Assembly (NCBI RefSeq): GCF_020885515.1
Contig: NZ_AP024987.1
Location: forward strand, 780,001-812,000
Source: a cyanobacterium endosymbiont of Braarudosphaera bigelowii
GTDB lineage: Bacteria > Cyanobacteriota > Cyanobacteriia > Cyanobacteriales > Microcystaceae
Direction of reading: 5' to 3'
Length of the DNA stretch: 32,000 bases
How positions within the stretch are numbered: position 1 is the first letter of the stretch; each line of letters begins with the position of its first letter. Positions 18,935-29,663 of the stretch are shown piece by piece. The notes under the pieces are model-generated. The model was given only the letters and a program-made list of their open reading frames with translations. It made no database searches and had not been told where the DNA came from. The position numbers and the translations under genes are program-made.

Positions 18935-21793
18935 ATGGCTAATTTACATAACATCCTTATTCGTGGCGCTAGGCAAAATAACTTAAAAAATATTAGTCTT
19001 GAACTTCCTCGTAATAAATTAATTGTTTTTACAGGAGTATCAGGTTCAGGAAAATCTTCTCTAGCCTTTGACACTATTTTTGCTGAAGGGCAAAGACGCT
19101 ATGTAGAATCTTTAAGTGCTTACGCTAGGCAATTTTTAGGACAATTAGATAAACCTGATATTGATACAATCGAAGGTTTAAGTCCTGCCATTTCTATTGA
19201 TCAAAAATCGACTTCTCACAATCCTCGTTCAACAGTAGGCACAATAACAGAGATTTATGATTATTTGAGACTATTGTTTAGTAGGGCTGGTATACCATAT
19301 TGCCCTATATGTGGTCATACTATTTCTCCTCAAACTGTTGATCAAATGTGCGATCGCGTAATGGAATTGCCAGAAAATACAAAGTTTCAAATTCTAGCTC
19401 CTGTAATACGAAGGAAAAAGGGAACTCACAAGCATTTATTATCTAATTTAATTTCCCAAGGATTTGTAAGAGTGAGAGTTGATGGAAAAATTAAAGAAAT
19501 TACAGATGATATTCAATTGAATAAAAACCAGTATCACAATATTGAAATTGTTATTGATCGTCTTATTAAAAAAAAAGGTATTGAAGAAAGGCTAACGGAT
19601 TCTTTAAAAACTTGTTTGATGAACTCTGAAGGATTATCAATAATTAGTATTGATGTAAAAAAATCTATACAAAATGAAAAAAAAGAGTTTGAATCACCTA
19701 CAGAATTAATGTTTTCTGAAAATTTTTCTTGTCCTGAGCATGGAGCAGTAATGGAAGAGCTTTCCCCTCGATTATTCTCTTTTAACTCTCCCTACGGTGC
19801 TTGTCCTGATTGCCACGGCTTGGGAAGTCTCCGCAAATTTTCTCCAGATCTGATTATTCCCAATCATTTCTCTCCAATCTATGCAGCTATTGTTCCTTGG
19901 TCAGAAAAAAATAATTCTTATTATTTGTCCTTATTACATAATATTGGTAAAAACTGTGGTTTTGATATTCAAACTCCTTGGAATGAATTGACTAGGGAAC
20001 AACAAGAGTTTGTGCTATATGGTAGTGATAAACCTATATGGTTTGAAGAAGATTCCCAATTTAGCAATAATCGTAAAGGATATTATTATAATTTTAAAGG
20101 AATTTTAGCAATTTTGGAACGTAATTATAATGAAACTAGCTCTGAAAACATAAAGCAAAAAATGGAGCAGTATATTGTTGAACAAACTTGTAGATCTTGC
20201 TCAGGAAAGCGTTTAAAACCAGAAGTGTTATCCGTTAAATTGGGACAATATAATATTAATGAATTGACAAGTGTTTCTATTGATAAATGTTTAAAAAGAA
20301 TAGAACAATTAGAATTAACTCCAAAACAAAGGTTAATTGGTGAAATAGCATTAAAAGAAATTAAAAATCGATTAAAGTTCCTGTTAGATGTTGGTTTAAA
20401 CTATCTAACATTAGATAGGGGAACAGCAACTTTATCAGGAGGTGAAGCGCAAAGAATTCGCTTGGCAACACAGATTGGTTCAGGATTAACAGGAGTTTTA
20501 TATGTATTAGATGAACCAAGTATAGGATTGCATCAACGAGATAACAAACGTCTTTTAAAGACTTTAAGAAATCTTAGAGATTTAGGTAACACCCTAATAG
20601 TTGTTGAACATGATGAGGAAACAATTCGTGCAGCTGATTATATAGTTGATATAGGTCCTTTAGCAGGAGCATATGGGGGACAAATAGTTTCTCAAGGAAA
20701 CTTAGAGACATTGTTGCAATCAGAACATTCTCTTACAGCAGACTACCTATCCGGTAGAAAAGCAATTAGAAAAGAAGCAAGAAAACGTTTAGGAAATGGC
20801 GCTGCCTTGCAATTAAAAGGTTGTCGTGCTAATAATTTAAAAAATTTTAATGTATCAATTCCATTAGGAAAGTTAGTTGCTATTACAGGGGTTTCTGGAT
20901 CAGGAAAATCTACTTTGATCAAAGGGCTTTTATATCCTGCATTACAGAATCATTTAACGAAAAAGAGTCCTTTCCCAAAATATCTTTCTGAAATCAAAGG
21001 ACTTGAACTAATTGATAAAGTGATTGTTATAGATCAATCTCCTATTGGTCGAACTCCCCGTTCAAACCCTGTCACGTATACCGGCATCTTTGATAGTATA
21101 CGAGAACTTTTTTCACAAACCATAGAAGCGAAAGCAAGAGGCTATAAACCTGGACAATTCTCTTTTAATGTAAAAGGTGGAAGGTGTGAAAATTGTGGGG
21201 GACAAGGAGTAAATATAATAGAAATGAATTTTTTACCAGATGTATATGTTCAATGTGAAGTTTGCAAAGGAACAAGATATAATCGAGAAACTCTACAAGT
21301 TAAATACAAAGGATATACAATTTCTGATGTTTTAAATATGACTATTGAAGAAGGATTACAGGTTTTTAGAAATATTCCTAGAGCTCGAAATAAATTGCAA
21401 ACTCTAGCTGATGTGGGATTAGGATATTTAAAATTAGGACAATCAGCACCAACATTGTCAGGAGGTGAAGCACAGCGAGTTAAACTAGCTTCAGAACTAT
21501 CTCGTAGAGCAACAGGAAAAACTTTATATCTTATTGATGAACCTACTACTGGTTTATCTTTTTATGATGTTCATCATTTGTTAAATATTTTACAAAGATT
21601 AGTTGAAAAGGGAAATTCAATTATAGTTATTGAGCACAATTTAGATGTAATTAAATGTTCAGATTGGATAATTGACTTAGGTCCAGAGGGTGGTGATGAA
21701 GGAGGATTTATTGTTGCGACTGGAACTCCAGAAAAAGTTGTCCAAAATTTAAAATCTTATACAGGAAAATATTTGAAAAATATTTTAGAATAA
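18935..21793 (+). CDS. uvrA: excinuclease ABC subunit A
   Basis: 952 aa; IRGARQNNLKNISLELPRNKLIVFTGVSGSGKSSLAFDTIFAEGQRRYVESLSAYARQFL, zinc-binding CPICG and CENCGGQG, LSGGEAQRIRLA and NPVTYTGIFDSIRELF. Confidence 0.98.
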   Translation: MANLHNILIRGARQNNLKNISLELPRNKLIVFTGVSGSGKSSLAFDTIFAEGQRRYVESLSAYARQFLGQLDKPDIDTIEGLSPAISIDQKSTSHNPRSTVGTITEIYDYLRLLFSRAGIPYCPICGHTISPQTVDQMCDRVMELPENTKFQILAPVIRRKKGTHKHLLSNLISQGFVRVRVDGKIKEITDDIQLNKNQYHNIEIVIDRLIKKKGIEERLTDSLKTCLMNSEGLSIISIDVKKSIQNEKKEFESPTELMFSENFSCPEHGAVMEELSPRLFSFNSPYGACPDCHGLGSLRKFSPDLIIPNHFSPIYAAIVPWSEKNNSYYLSLLHNIGKNCGFDIQTPWNELTREQQEFVLYGSDKPIWFEEDSQFSNNRKGYYYNFKGILAILERNYNETSSENIKQKMEQYIVEQTCRSCSGKRLKPEVLSVKLGQYNINELTSVSIDKCLKRIEQLELTPKQRLIGEIALKEIKNRLKFLLDVGLNYLTLDRGTATLSGGEAQRIRLATQIGSGLTGVLYVLDEPSIGLHQRDNKRLLKTLRNLRDLGNTLIVVEHDEETIRAADYIVDIGPLAGAYGGQIVSQGNLETLLQSEHSLTADYLSGRKAIRKEARKRLGNGAALQLKGCRANNLKNFNVSIPLGKLVAITGVSGSGKSTLIKGLLYPALQNHLTKKSPFPKYLSEIKGLELIDKVIVIDQSPIGRTPRSNPVTYTGIFDSIRELFSQTIEAKARGYKPGQFSFNVKGGRCENCGGQGVNIIEMNFLPDVYVQCEVCKGTRYNRETLQVKYKGYTISDVLNMTIEEGLQVFRNIPRARNKLQTLADVGLGYLKLGQSAPTLSGGEAQRVKLASELSRRATGKTLYLIDEPTTGLSFYDVHHLLNILQRLVEKGNSIIVIEHNLDVIKCSDWIIDLGPEGGDEGGFIVATGTPEKVVQNLKSYTGKYLKNILE

Positions 21794-21868
21794 AATGTGG
21801 TTGTATAAAAAAGTGTAAATTAAAAAATTTATAGATTTAACCACAAAAAATTATTTATATATTACGGT

Positions 21869-22564
21869 ATGTCTACTCAAAAAAATTCTAGGCTCATTAT
21901 AGCTATTGATGGGCCAGCAGGAGCTGGTAAATCCACCGTAACTCGGAAAGTAGCCAAAAAAATTAATTTAAACTATTTAGATACAGGAGCAATGTATCGA
22001 GCAATTACTTGGTTGGTATTAAAATCAGAAATTGCATTAGAGAATGAAAAGGCAATAGCAGAATTAATTGAGACAGCAACTTTGTATTTAATGAATAATC
22101 CTGAGGAAGAAATATCTCAAGTTTTTATAAATGGAGAAGAAGTAACTAAGTATCTAAGAACATTAGAAGTAACTGAAGCAGTTTCTTTAATTTCGGCTCA
22201 AGTTGCAGTAAGAAATAAATTAGTAAAATGTCAACGGGAAATGGGTTACTCTAGAGGAGTTATCGCTGAAGGGCGCGATATTGGAACTAATGTGTTTCCA
22301 GATGCAGATATTAAAATATTTCTTACTGCATCTGTAAAGGAAAGAGCAAAACGTAGACTAAAAGATTATAAGTCTCAGAAATTAGAAAATATTAGTATAC
22401 ATAAACTGGAAAAAGATATTGAAGCAAGAGATTATCAAGATAGTCATCGAAAAATCGCACCCCTTCGTAAAGCTATTGACGCTATTGAAATAAATACAGA
22501 TAGACTTACACTTGAGGAAGTAACTTCTCAAATAATTTATATATGTGAAGGATATATTAAGTAG
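21869..22564 (+). CDS. cmk: cytidylate kinase
   Basis: 231 aa; IAIDGPAGAGKSTVTRKVAKKINLNYLDTGAMYRAITWLVL, VIAEGRDIGTNVFPDADIKIFLTAS and RDYQDSHRKIAPLRKAIDAIEINTD. Confidence 0.96.
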   Translation: MSTQKNSRLIIAIDGPAGAGKSTVTRKVAKKINLNYLDTGAMYRAITWLVLKSEIALENEKAIAELIETATLYLMNNPEEEISQVFINGEEVTKYLRTLEVTEAVSLISAQVAVRNKLVKCQREMGYSRGVIAEGRDIGTNVFPDADIKIFLTASVKERAKRRLKDYKSQKLENISIHKLEKDIEARDYQDSHRKIAPLRKAIDAIEINTDRLTLEEVTSQIIYICEGYIK

Positions 22565-22625
22565 AAAGATATATTTTTAGTCATATTTAATGATTTATTT
22601 ATTGCATACATATTACATTACAATA

Positions 22626-22670
22626 ATTAGAAATCTAGGATATTAATACTAATTATCCCAGATTTCTAAT
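22626..22670. terminator. hairpin between convergent cmk and fba
   Basis: Inverted repeat attagaaatctaggata / tatcccagatttctaat, 17 bp with one mismatch and an 11-nt loop. Confidence 0.6.
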
Positions 22671-22702
22671 GATGAAATATCATCGTAATGATTATTCTAT
22701 AA

Positions 22703-23770
22703 TCAACTTTTTCTACTTGTTGTCAATTCATTTCTAGAATATTTCGCAGCATAGTCTTCAAGAGTCATCTGTTTAATCTTGCTAGCATTACCTGCAGCCC
22801 AAAACTGTTGATAACGATCAGCACAAACTGTTTTCATATAGTTAATTGATGGTTTCATAAAATGACGTGGATCAAAGTTGCTAGGATCTTTTGCAAAGCA
22901 TTCACGAATAGCTGCTGTAATCGCTAAACGATTATCAGTATCGATATTAACTTTGCGAACTCCACTTTTGATACCTTTTTGAATTTCTTCAACAGGTACA
23001 CCATATGTTTCAGGTATTTTCCCACCATATTGATTAATTATATTTAACCATTCCTGAGGTACAGATGAGGAGCCATGCATAACTAAATGAGTATTAGGAA
23101 GACGTTTGTGTATTTCTTCAATACGATTAATCGCCAAGATTTCTCCAGTAGGCTTGCGGCTAAATTTATAAGCACCATGACTAGTACCAATAGCTACAGC
23201 CAAGGCATCTACTTGAGTATTTTCAACAAATTCTACCGCTTCATCAGGATCTGTAAGAAGCTGTTCTTTACTTAGAGTTCCTTCAAATCCATGACCATCT
23301 TCTTTTTCTCCTTGACCAGTTTCGAGAGAACCTAGACATCCAAGCTCGCCTTCTACACTAGAACCTACAGCATGAGCTACTTTAACTACTTCGGAAGTAA
23401 CACAAACGTTATAGTCAAAGCTGGCAGGAGTTTTGCCATCTGCTTCTAGAGAGCCATCCATCATTACACTAGTAAATCCATTACGAATTGCACTATAACA
23501 AGTAGCAGGACTATTACCATGATCCTGATGCATAGCAATAGGAATATGAGGATAGCTTTCAGCTGCTGCAAGAATTAAATGACGAAGAAAGTTTTCTCCT
23601 GCATATTTTCGGGCACCACGAGAAGCTTGTAAAATTGCAGGACTGTTGGTTTCATTTGCTGCCTGCATAATTGCTAAGATCTGTTCCATATTATTTACAT
23701 TGAATGCAGGAATACCATAATTGTTTTCTGCTGCATGATCTAAAAGTAGCCGCATAGGTACAAGCGCCAT
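22703..23770 (-). CDS. fba: class II fructose-bisphosphate aldolase (Calvin cycle type)
   Basis: 355 aa; [80 protein letters not shown] and [21 protein letters not shown]. Confidence 0.97.
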   Translation of the reverse strand: MALVPMRLLLDHAAENNYGIPAFNVNNMEQILAIMQAANETNSPAILQASRGARKYAGENFLRHLILAAAESYPHIPIAMHQDHGNSPATCYSAIRNGFTSVMMDGSLEADGKTPASFDYNVCVTSEVVKVAHAVGSSVEGELGCLGSLETGQGEKEDGHGFEGTLSKEQLLTDPDEAVEFVENTQVDALAVAIGTSHGAYKFSRKPTGEILAINRIEEIHKRLPNTHLVMHGSSSVPQEWLNIINQYGGKIPETYGVPVEEIQKGIKSGVRKVNIDTDNRLAITAAIRECFAKDPSNFDPRHFMKPSINYMKTVCADRYQQFWAAGNASKIKQMTLEDYAAKYSRNELTTSRKS

Positions 23771-24082
23771 AGATGCCCCCCTAGTTTTTTCTAATTTTTG
23801 TGAGTGGTTCGTTAAGAAAATTAATTCCCTTATTCGTTAATCTTAAGATAGATTTCACTCTTTTGACGAATACTTTACTTTATTTCTCTTTCTATATGTT
23901 GTTTATTAATGTCAAATTTAATTTTTAGAGTAAATAAATAATTTCTTATAAAAATATTTTTGCTAATTTCTAAAAACTTTAATTTTTTCAAGCATTGAGA
24001 TAATGCATGCTACACCAAATAGTTAAATAAACAGTAGTAAATAACAATATATCAAACTTTACTCACAAGATCTTTAGATACT

Positions 24083-25198
24083 TTATCTGATGTGATAACC
24101 GTTTACAAGACCTTCAATAATTGATAACAACTCTTTCTGTGTTAAATTATAGGAAATACTAGAGGTTATAGCGCATGCTCCAGCACCCATTCCTTCTTTA
24201 ATATATCCTTCTTCATAAACTTGCAATTGTTCATAACAAGAGTTAGAAAAATTTAATTGAGTTGCTAATAAAGGAACTTCCCCTATCAATTTAGCCAATC
24301 CTAATGTATCTCCAGTCTTATCTTCCAGTACCCAACGTGTTGTTCCTACAATAATATTTTCTAAATTTGCTTCATAATTAAACGTTTTTATAATAGTTTT
24401 TATTAATTGATATACTGCGAGCATCTGTGTTCCTCCTGCTAGTATTAAGCCAGTGTTTAAACTAGCTGAAATTGCCATTCCAGCTACGGTAATTTGCATA
24501 GGGTCACCTACCGAGGCGATTAATTCAAAAGGATTAATTGGAGTATCCATAAAATTATAATTAGCCTTTTTGAATCCTTCTTTGACTATTAAGTCTTTAT
24601 AGTTATGGTCGCAATAAGGATAACTACTGTTAACTTTCTGTGATGCATCAACACCTAGTCCCTTAAGAACAGCCAGGGCTGTTGTTGTTCCACCTACAAC
24701 GCATTCACCTAAAACTAAGTATTTTTTATTTGAATTCTTAGTCAATTTTTTACCCCAAGCTAGTCCATGGTAGAATAATTTAGTAACTAAATTTAGAGGT
24801 AATGCTTTTCCGGTACTTAAACAATTAGCGGGTTTCCCCCTCAGATCAATACAAGGAAAAGAGGGATTTGATGGTAAACCAGTATTAAATAAATAGAAAG
24901 GAATCTGACAATGTTCAATGATTGCACGCGTTATAAATACGGGAGAAATTCCTTGAACTAAGGATGGTAGAGAATACTTATATGAAGAACTGATTCCTTT
25001 AACCAAAAACTCTGCATCTGCTAATGCTGTATATTTTCTAGCTTCTGAAGTAGTCCCTGCTAATGAAATGTCTGGAATTAAGGCAGTTTCAGTAAAGCCT
25101 AAAATGCAAATAAAAAGAGGAGAAAATTTATTATAAGTGCTAATCCATTTATCTACTAGAAGCTTCTCGCTATATATATAAAACATTCTTTTATTCAA
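24083..25198 (-). CDS. cobT: nicotinate-nucleotide--dimethylbenzimidazole phosphoribosyltransferase family protein (CobT-like, cyanobacterial type)
   Basis: 371 aa; LVLGECVVGGTTTALAVLKGLGVDA, SVGDPMQITVAGMAISASLNTGLILAGGTQMLAVYQLI and EGYIKEGMGAGACAI. Confidence 0.82.
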   Translation of the reverse strand: MNKRMFYIYSEKLLVDKWISTYNKFSPLFICILGFTETALIPDISLAGTTSEARKYTALADAEFLVKGISSSYKYSLPSLVQGISPVFITRAIIEHCQIPFYLFNTGLPSNPSFPCIDLRGKPANCLSTGKALPLNLVTKLFYHGLAWGKKLTKNSNKKYLVLGECVVGGTTTALAVLKGLGVDASQKVNSSYPYCDHNYKDLIVKEGFKKANYNFMDTPINPFELIASVGDPMQITVAGMAISASLNTGLILAGGTQMLAVYQLIKTIIKTFNYEANLENIIVGTTRWVLEDKTGDTLGLAKLIGEVPLLATQLNFSNSCYEQLQVYEEGYIKEGMGAGACAITSSISYNLTQKELLSIIEGLVNGYHIR

Positions 25199-25509
25199 TT
25201 GGAGAACATGATAGTAAAACTACTAATTAGCTTTTGACATCTACTAGATATATTGGTATAAATAAATCGAATATTCTTCTTTATGAATACTAAACAAAAT
25301 ATTTAAACAATTATTTTAATATATAGTATTAATCGAGAATCGAGAAGTTAGTATCTAAATTTAAATAAGGTTATAAATTATTGAGTCTTACCAAAGCTGC
25401 TTATATAGTTTTTTAGAAAATATCTTCTGAGTTCAAACAATAAAAACATAGAAAAAGCCATTAAATTATAAATTTTAAATATTCTCCAAAATTGATGTGG
25501 CCTATCTAT

Positions 25510-26539
25510 TCAATACTTCTGCTAATTATTTTTCAATTGCTCCTGCCCATATTTTTAAAGGCGAAAATATCATTAGTTTAGGTAGCCGACCTTTGATTAT
25601 TGTAAGAGACACGACTCTTTCCATTATTGGTAATCACCTAAAAGCTATTTTAAAAGAATATTAAAAGCCGCAGTTATTGTTAAAATTTATTTATCTGAAT
25701 GTTCTAGGAGTTATTTGAAACTTCTTACCTATTTAATTAAGGTAAATAAAGCAGATGTAATTATTGGAGTTGGAAGAGGAAAAATTCTTGATATGGCAAA
25801 AATATTGACTCATTACAATACACTACTAATAGTTACTATTCCTATATCTGATGCAACTTGTGCTATATGAACGGTTATATCTAAAATCTGCGTAAACCAA
25901 GGCATATTTTAGTATGATGTATCACTATCGCGTTGTCCTGACATTTTAATGTTGGACTATTTAATTATTAGAACAGCTTCCTAATATACTCTAGTAGTAA
26001 GGATAGACAATCCTATCGCAAAATGGTGTAAGGAGTTAATTAATTTGGATACTGTTAACAGTAGATAAACTTTAACAATCGCAGTGATTTAGCATGCAAG
26101 GACTATAAAAGATATATTGCAACAAAAGTCCTCTGTAGCTGTTAACAATATATATGAATAAGAATGATTTGAAGTGATTTATGCTTGTATATTATTCACT
26201 GGTATTGTTAGTGGCCTAAGTGGTCCTAATTGTAGAACAGTAGCTGCACACTTAGTACCTAATGGTTTAACTAGTATAAAAACAATACATAAAATATTAC
26301 ATGGAGAAACAGTAGCTTATGATATTTTAGTCTGATTAAGATTAGAGGAAATTATGCAAAAGAATCACTTACCATTTATTTCAAAAAAACTTTTAAAATT
26401 TTATAAACAAGTTGATTTGTCAAAAAGCTTAGAAGATTTAGGATTAGATAAAATAATAGTAAAAGAACTAAATTTTCTAACCAAGATTATTTGTCATTTT
26501 AACTCTGATATTCATCGATTACCTTTTGCCTTATCTTAA
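25510..26539 (+). pseudogene. degraded iron-containing alcohol/glycerol dehydrogenase-family gene
   Basis: Multi-frame fragments: NYFSIAPAHIFKGENIISLGSRPLIIV, ADVIIGVGRGKILDMAKILTHYNTLLIVTIPISDATCAI*TVISKICVNQGIF*YDVSLSRCPDILMLDY, ARTIKDILLQQ, GIVSGLSGPNCRTVAAHLV, HGETVAYDILV*LRLEE, and ORF 26354..26539 (FYKQVDLSKSLEDLGLDK...SDIHRLPF). Confidence 0.83.
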
Positions 26540-26907
26540 AAACAATTATTAATAATGAAATCAATTGCAAAATAGAATATGCTAATTAAAATAACGTTTT
26601 TTACTTTAACTAGCTTACATATATAAAGGATTATAGGCTTTATTCTCAATTTTTTGCATAATCATATGTAAATAGTTCATATAGTTATTATCTAAAAAAG
26701 CATTAGTTATTTCTTGATTTATTATTTATCTCGGTAATGAGTAATAATTCTCATTCTTTAAGAAGATATAAAAAATAAATCATAGTTAAAATTTGTTAAA
26801 ACATCAAGGAACAAAATATAGCTTTCAATCAATCTTTAATCTAAGAAATCAAAATTTTCAAGACTAGTTAGATAATAGAACTTTTTACATACATTAGGAG
26901 ATAAAAA

Positions 26908-27348
26908 ATGAACAGTTTTGTGTTGATGGCGAAAGTTATTAGTAATCCTGAATTAAGATATACCTCAGATACCCAAAAAGAAATAACTCAAATGTTTGTA
27001 GAATTTGAAGGTGGACGCTTAGAAGATTCATCTCGTACTTTAAAAGTTTTAGGTTGGGGTAATTTAGCTGCTAATATGAAAACGAATTGTCATGAGGGTG
27101 ATATGTTGATAATCGAGGGTAGGTTGTCTACTAATACTTTCGAACGTAAAGAAGGCTTTAAAGAGAAAAGAATTGAATTAATAGCATCTAATTTTTATCC
27201 TATTCATCAAAGTTCTGGTATTAAGACTTCAGCCCACCCTAATACAAATTTTGATCCGTATAAGAGTAAAGATGATAGCCACTATAATCTAAATCAATTA
27301 AATGATAATTCTACAATCTCTGATAACGACGATCCAATTCCTTTTTAA
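26908..27348 (+). CDS. ssb: single-stranded DNA-binding protein
   Basis: 146 aa; MNSFVLMAKVISNPELRYTSDTQKEITQMFVEFEGGR...LKVLGWGNLAANMKTNCHEGDMLIIEGRLSTNTFERKEGFKEKRIELIASNF, an OB-fold SSB of cyanobacterial type. Confidence 0.88.
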   Translation: MNSFVLMAKVISNPELRYTSDTQKEITQMFVEFEGGRLEDSSRTLKVLGWGNLAANMKTNCHEGDMLIIEGRLSTNTFERKEGFKEKRIELIASNFYPIHQSSGIKTSAHPNTNFDPYKSKDDSHYNLNQLNDNSTISDNDDPIPF

Positions 27349-27566
27349 GAGAGATAAATTTAGAAAATATCTAGATTTTAAGTATAACTTTTAGAAATAC
27401 TAAATAATGCTAGATTCTACATTTAATGTTAATCATTTATGGTGTTGCTGTAATTATTTCCTTGATTTTTCTAGGAAGTATATAAATTAATATACGTTGT
27501 GACATACATGGAAGAATAATTATTACTATTCTTTAATTGTTTTTATTGAGGTATTTGGAGAAAGTT

Positions 27567-28073
27567 ATGGATTTGAAACTCATTCCTGCTCAGCCTAAAT
27601 CTGGTTTAGTTAATATCTTAGTAGAAATTCCTGCAGGAAGTAAAAATAAATATGAATTTGACAAAAATATGCAGTCCTTTACTTTAGATAGGGCATTGCA
27701 TACCTCTGTACATTATCCATATGATTATGGTTTTATCCCAAATACAGTAGCAGAAAACGGAGATCCTTTAGATGCAATGGTAATTATGGACCAACCAACA
27801 TTTCCTGGATGTGTGATTGCCTCACGTCCTATTGGTATGCTTGAGATAGTTGATGGGAAAGAATATGATCAGAAGATTTTATGTATTCCTGATAGAGATA
27901 TACGTTATACCTATGTAAAATCTCTTAATGATATCAATGTCCATCGCTTAAATGAAATCGCTGAGTTTTTTCGGACTTATCAAAATCTTGAAAAAAAAAC
28001 CATAAAAATCTTAGGCTGGAAGAATGTAGCGGCTGTTTCTTCTCTTATTGAAAAATGTATTAAGGATAATTAA
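27567..28073 (+). CDS. ppa: inorganic pyrophosphatase
   Basis: [64 protein letters not shown] and [26 protein letters not shown]. The likely start is the internal ATG ([13 protein letters not shown]) rather than 27537. Confidence 0.96.
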   Translation: MDLKLIPAQPKSGLVNILVEIPAGSKNKYEFDKNMQSFTLDRALHTSVHYPYDYGFIPNTVAENGDPLDAMVIMDQPTFPGCVIASRPIGMLEIVDGKEYDQKILCIPDRDIRYTYVKSLNDINVHRLNEIAEFFRTYQNLEKKTIKILGWKNVAAVSSLIEKCIKDN

Positions 28074-28111
28074 GATTAGAAGGTTGATTATTACATCAGA
28101 TGTTATTTTTA

Positions 28112-28151
28112 TTTCTTTTTAAAATAGCTTAATTGCTCTTTTAAAAAGAAA
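28112..28151 (+). terminator. hairpin downstream of ppa, possible terminator
   Basis: 13-bp perfect stem tttctttttaaaa / ttttaaaaagaaa with a 14-nt loop that contains an inner agc/gct pairing. Confidence 0.45.
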
Positions 28152-28195
28152 ACATTACTATCTAAGATATCAGTTTTTATTTTTACCTAGTTCTT

Positions 28196-28555
28196 ATGTT
28201 AGTTAAATATACTACTCGGCATGTCCGAATCTTTACAGCTGAAGTCAAAGAAAATGAGTTAGTGGAAAATGATAAGATACTTACTCTGGATATCGATCCT
28301 GATAATGAATTTATTTGGAATGAAGACATTTTAGAGAAAGTTTATCGTAAATTTGATGAGTTAATAGAATTCTCTAGTGGAGAAGATTTAACTGATTATA
28401 ATCTTAATTACATTGGTTCATCTTTAGAAGATTTTATTCGTGATCTTTTACAGAAAGGTGATATTAGTTATAACTTAGGAGGACGCTCTCCTAATTATAG
28501 TATGGGATTACCTAGGGTTAGGAACCTAGAAACCGAAGGAAAATATAATCTATAG
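28196..28555 (+). CDS. ndhM: NAD(P)H-quinone oxidoreductase subunit M
   Basis: 119 aa; MLVKYTTRHVRIFTAEVKENELV...LTLDIDPDNEFIWNEDILEKVYRKFDELIEFSSGEDLTDYNLNYIGSSLEDFIRDLLQKGDISYNL...NYSMGLPRV. Confidence 0.95.
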   Translation: MLVKYTTRHVRIFTAEVKENELVENDKILTLDIDPDNEFIWNEDILEKVYRKFDELIEFSSGEDLTDYNLNYIGSSLEDFIRDLLQKGDISYNLGGRSPNYSMGLPRVRNLETEGKYNL

Positions 28556-28569
28556 AATGATAAATTTTC

Positions 28570-28610
28570 ATTCCCTGAAATTTTTTTAAGTGTTTTAGGG
28601 AATTTTCTTT
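28570..28610 (+). terminator. probable terminator downstream of ndhM
   Basis: 11-bp stem attccctgaaa / ttttagggaat (one G-U pair), followed by a T-rich stretch. Confidence 0.55.
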
Positions 28611-28808
28611 AACTAAAATGATTATTATTTTGAAATGTATCAATAACATATACTCAAAATAATAGTTATTTTCTTAAAAAATTAAATCTAGATGAATAGT
28701 TTATTAATCTATATATAGATAGACAATACTAGGATAATAGTTTCTTATAATAACTCCTCAACTTATACTATCTATAACAAGATTTTTATAATTCTTTCGA
28801 GATTCATT

Positions 28809-29663
28809 ATGTCATCTTCTTTTCGTATAAGTACAACTAAAAGATTAATGTACTCAGGTATAGCAATAACGCTTTTTTGGTTATTTGTTGCATTATTTGC
28901 ACCATTGTTCCAAGCAATGGGTATTTTACAAGATCCAACAGATTTGTTAAATAATATTCCTAGAGAATCTCCTAGTATTAATCATTTATTCGGTACTGAT
29001 ATTAGAGGTTATGATGTATTATCAAGAACTTTAGTCGGTTCACAAGCTGCATTAAAAGTTGTATTTCTTTCAACTGTTTTTTCCTTAATGATAGGAGTAC
29101 CATCTGGATTAATTAGTGGATATTTAGGAGGAAACCTGGATAAATTCCTTATGTTTCTTATGGATACTATTTATACTATTCCTGGGCTGTTATTATCTGT
29201 TACTTTATCTTTCATTTTAGGAAAAGGTATAATAAATATTGCAATTGCAGTAAGTATTTCTTATATTCCTCAATATTACCGTATCATACGTAACCATACG
29301 AATAGTATTAAAAATCAGCTATTTATTGAAGCAGCACAAGCTATGGGAGCTCCTCCAAAAACTATTCTATACCGCTATCTATTCTTAAATGTTATCCAAA
29401 ATGTTCCAGTAATATTTACTTTAAATGCTGCGGATGCCATCTTAGTATTAGGAGGGTTAGGATTTTTAGGTTTAGGATTACCTGAAGAAGTATCAGAATG
29501 GGGACATGACTTAAAGGAAGCACTACCAAGTTTATCTACAGGAATATGGTGGACAACTCTATTTCCAGGCCTTGCTATGACATCGATGGTAGTAGGACTA
29601 TCACTTATAGGCGAAGGAATTAGTGAAATATTTATCCCTTCTTCACAGAATAAAAATAAATGA
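28809..29663 (+). CDS. ABC transporter permease, dipeptide/oligopeptide type (DppC/OppC family)
   Basis: 284 aa; SINHLFGTDIRGYDVLSRTLVGSQAALKVVFLSTVFSLMIGVPSGLISGYLGG, EAAQAMGAPPKTILYRYLFLNV and LSFLGLGLPEEVSEWGHDL-like motif. Confidence 0.9.
   Translation: MSSSFRISTTKRLMYSGIAITLFWLFVALFAPLFQAMGILQDPTDLLNNIPRESPSINHLFGTDIRGYDVLSRTLVGSQAALKVVFLSTVFSLMIGVPSGLISGYLGGNLDKFLMFLMDTIYTIPGLLLSVTLSFILGKGIINIAIAVSISYIPQYYRIIRNHTNSIKNQLFIEAAQAMGAPPKTILYRYLFLNVIQNVPVIFTLNAADAILVLGGLGFLGLGLPEEVSEWGHDLKEALPSLSTGIWWTTLFPGLAMTSMVVGLSLIGEGISEIFIPSSQNKNK

Noticed and set aside
18844-19074. Minus-strand ORF over the queA/uvrA junction
   Set aside because: Antisense to the ends of two clearly identified genes, with no domain or homology signal.
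21800-21845. Inverted repeat tgtggtt...aaccaca between uvrA and cmk
   Set aside because: Short stem with a long AT-rich loop, within the chance expectation at this composition.
26354-26539. 61-aa ORF MQKNHLPFISKKLL... as a standalone protein
   Set aside because: Best explained as the C-terminal remnant of the iron-containing dehydrogenase pseudogene.
27425-27487. Tiny hydrophobic ORF MLIIYGVAVIISLIFLGSI after ssb, considered as a small photosystem or cytochrome subunit
   Set aside because: Too short, and no match to the PetL, PetG, PetN, PsaM or PsbX sequences I know; likely chance or decayed sequence.
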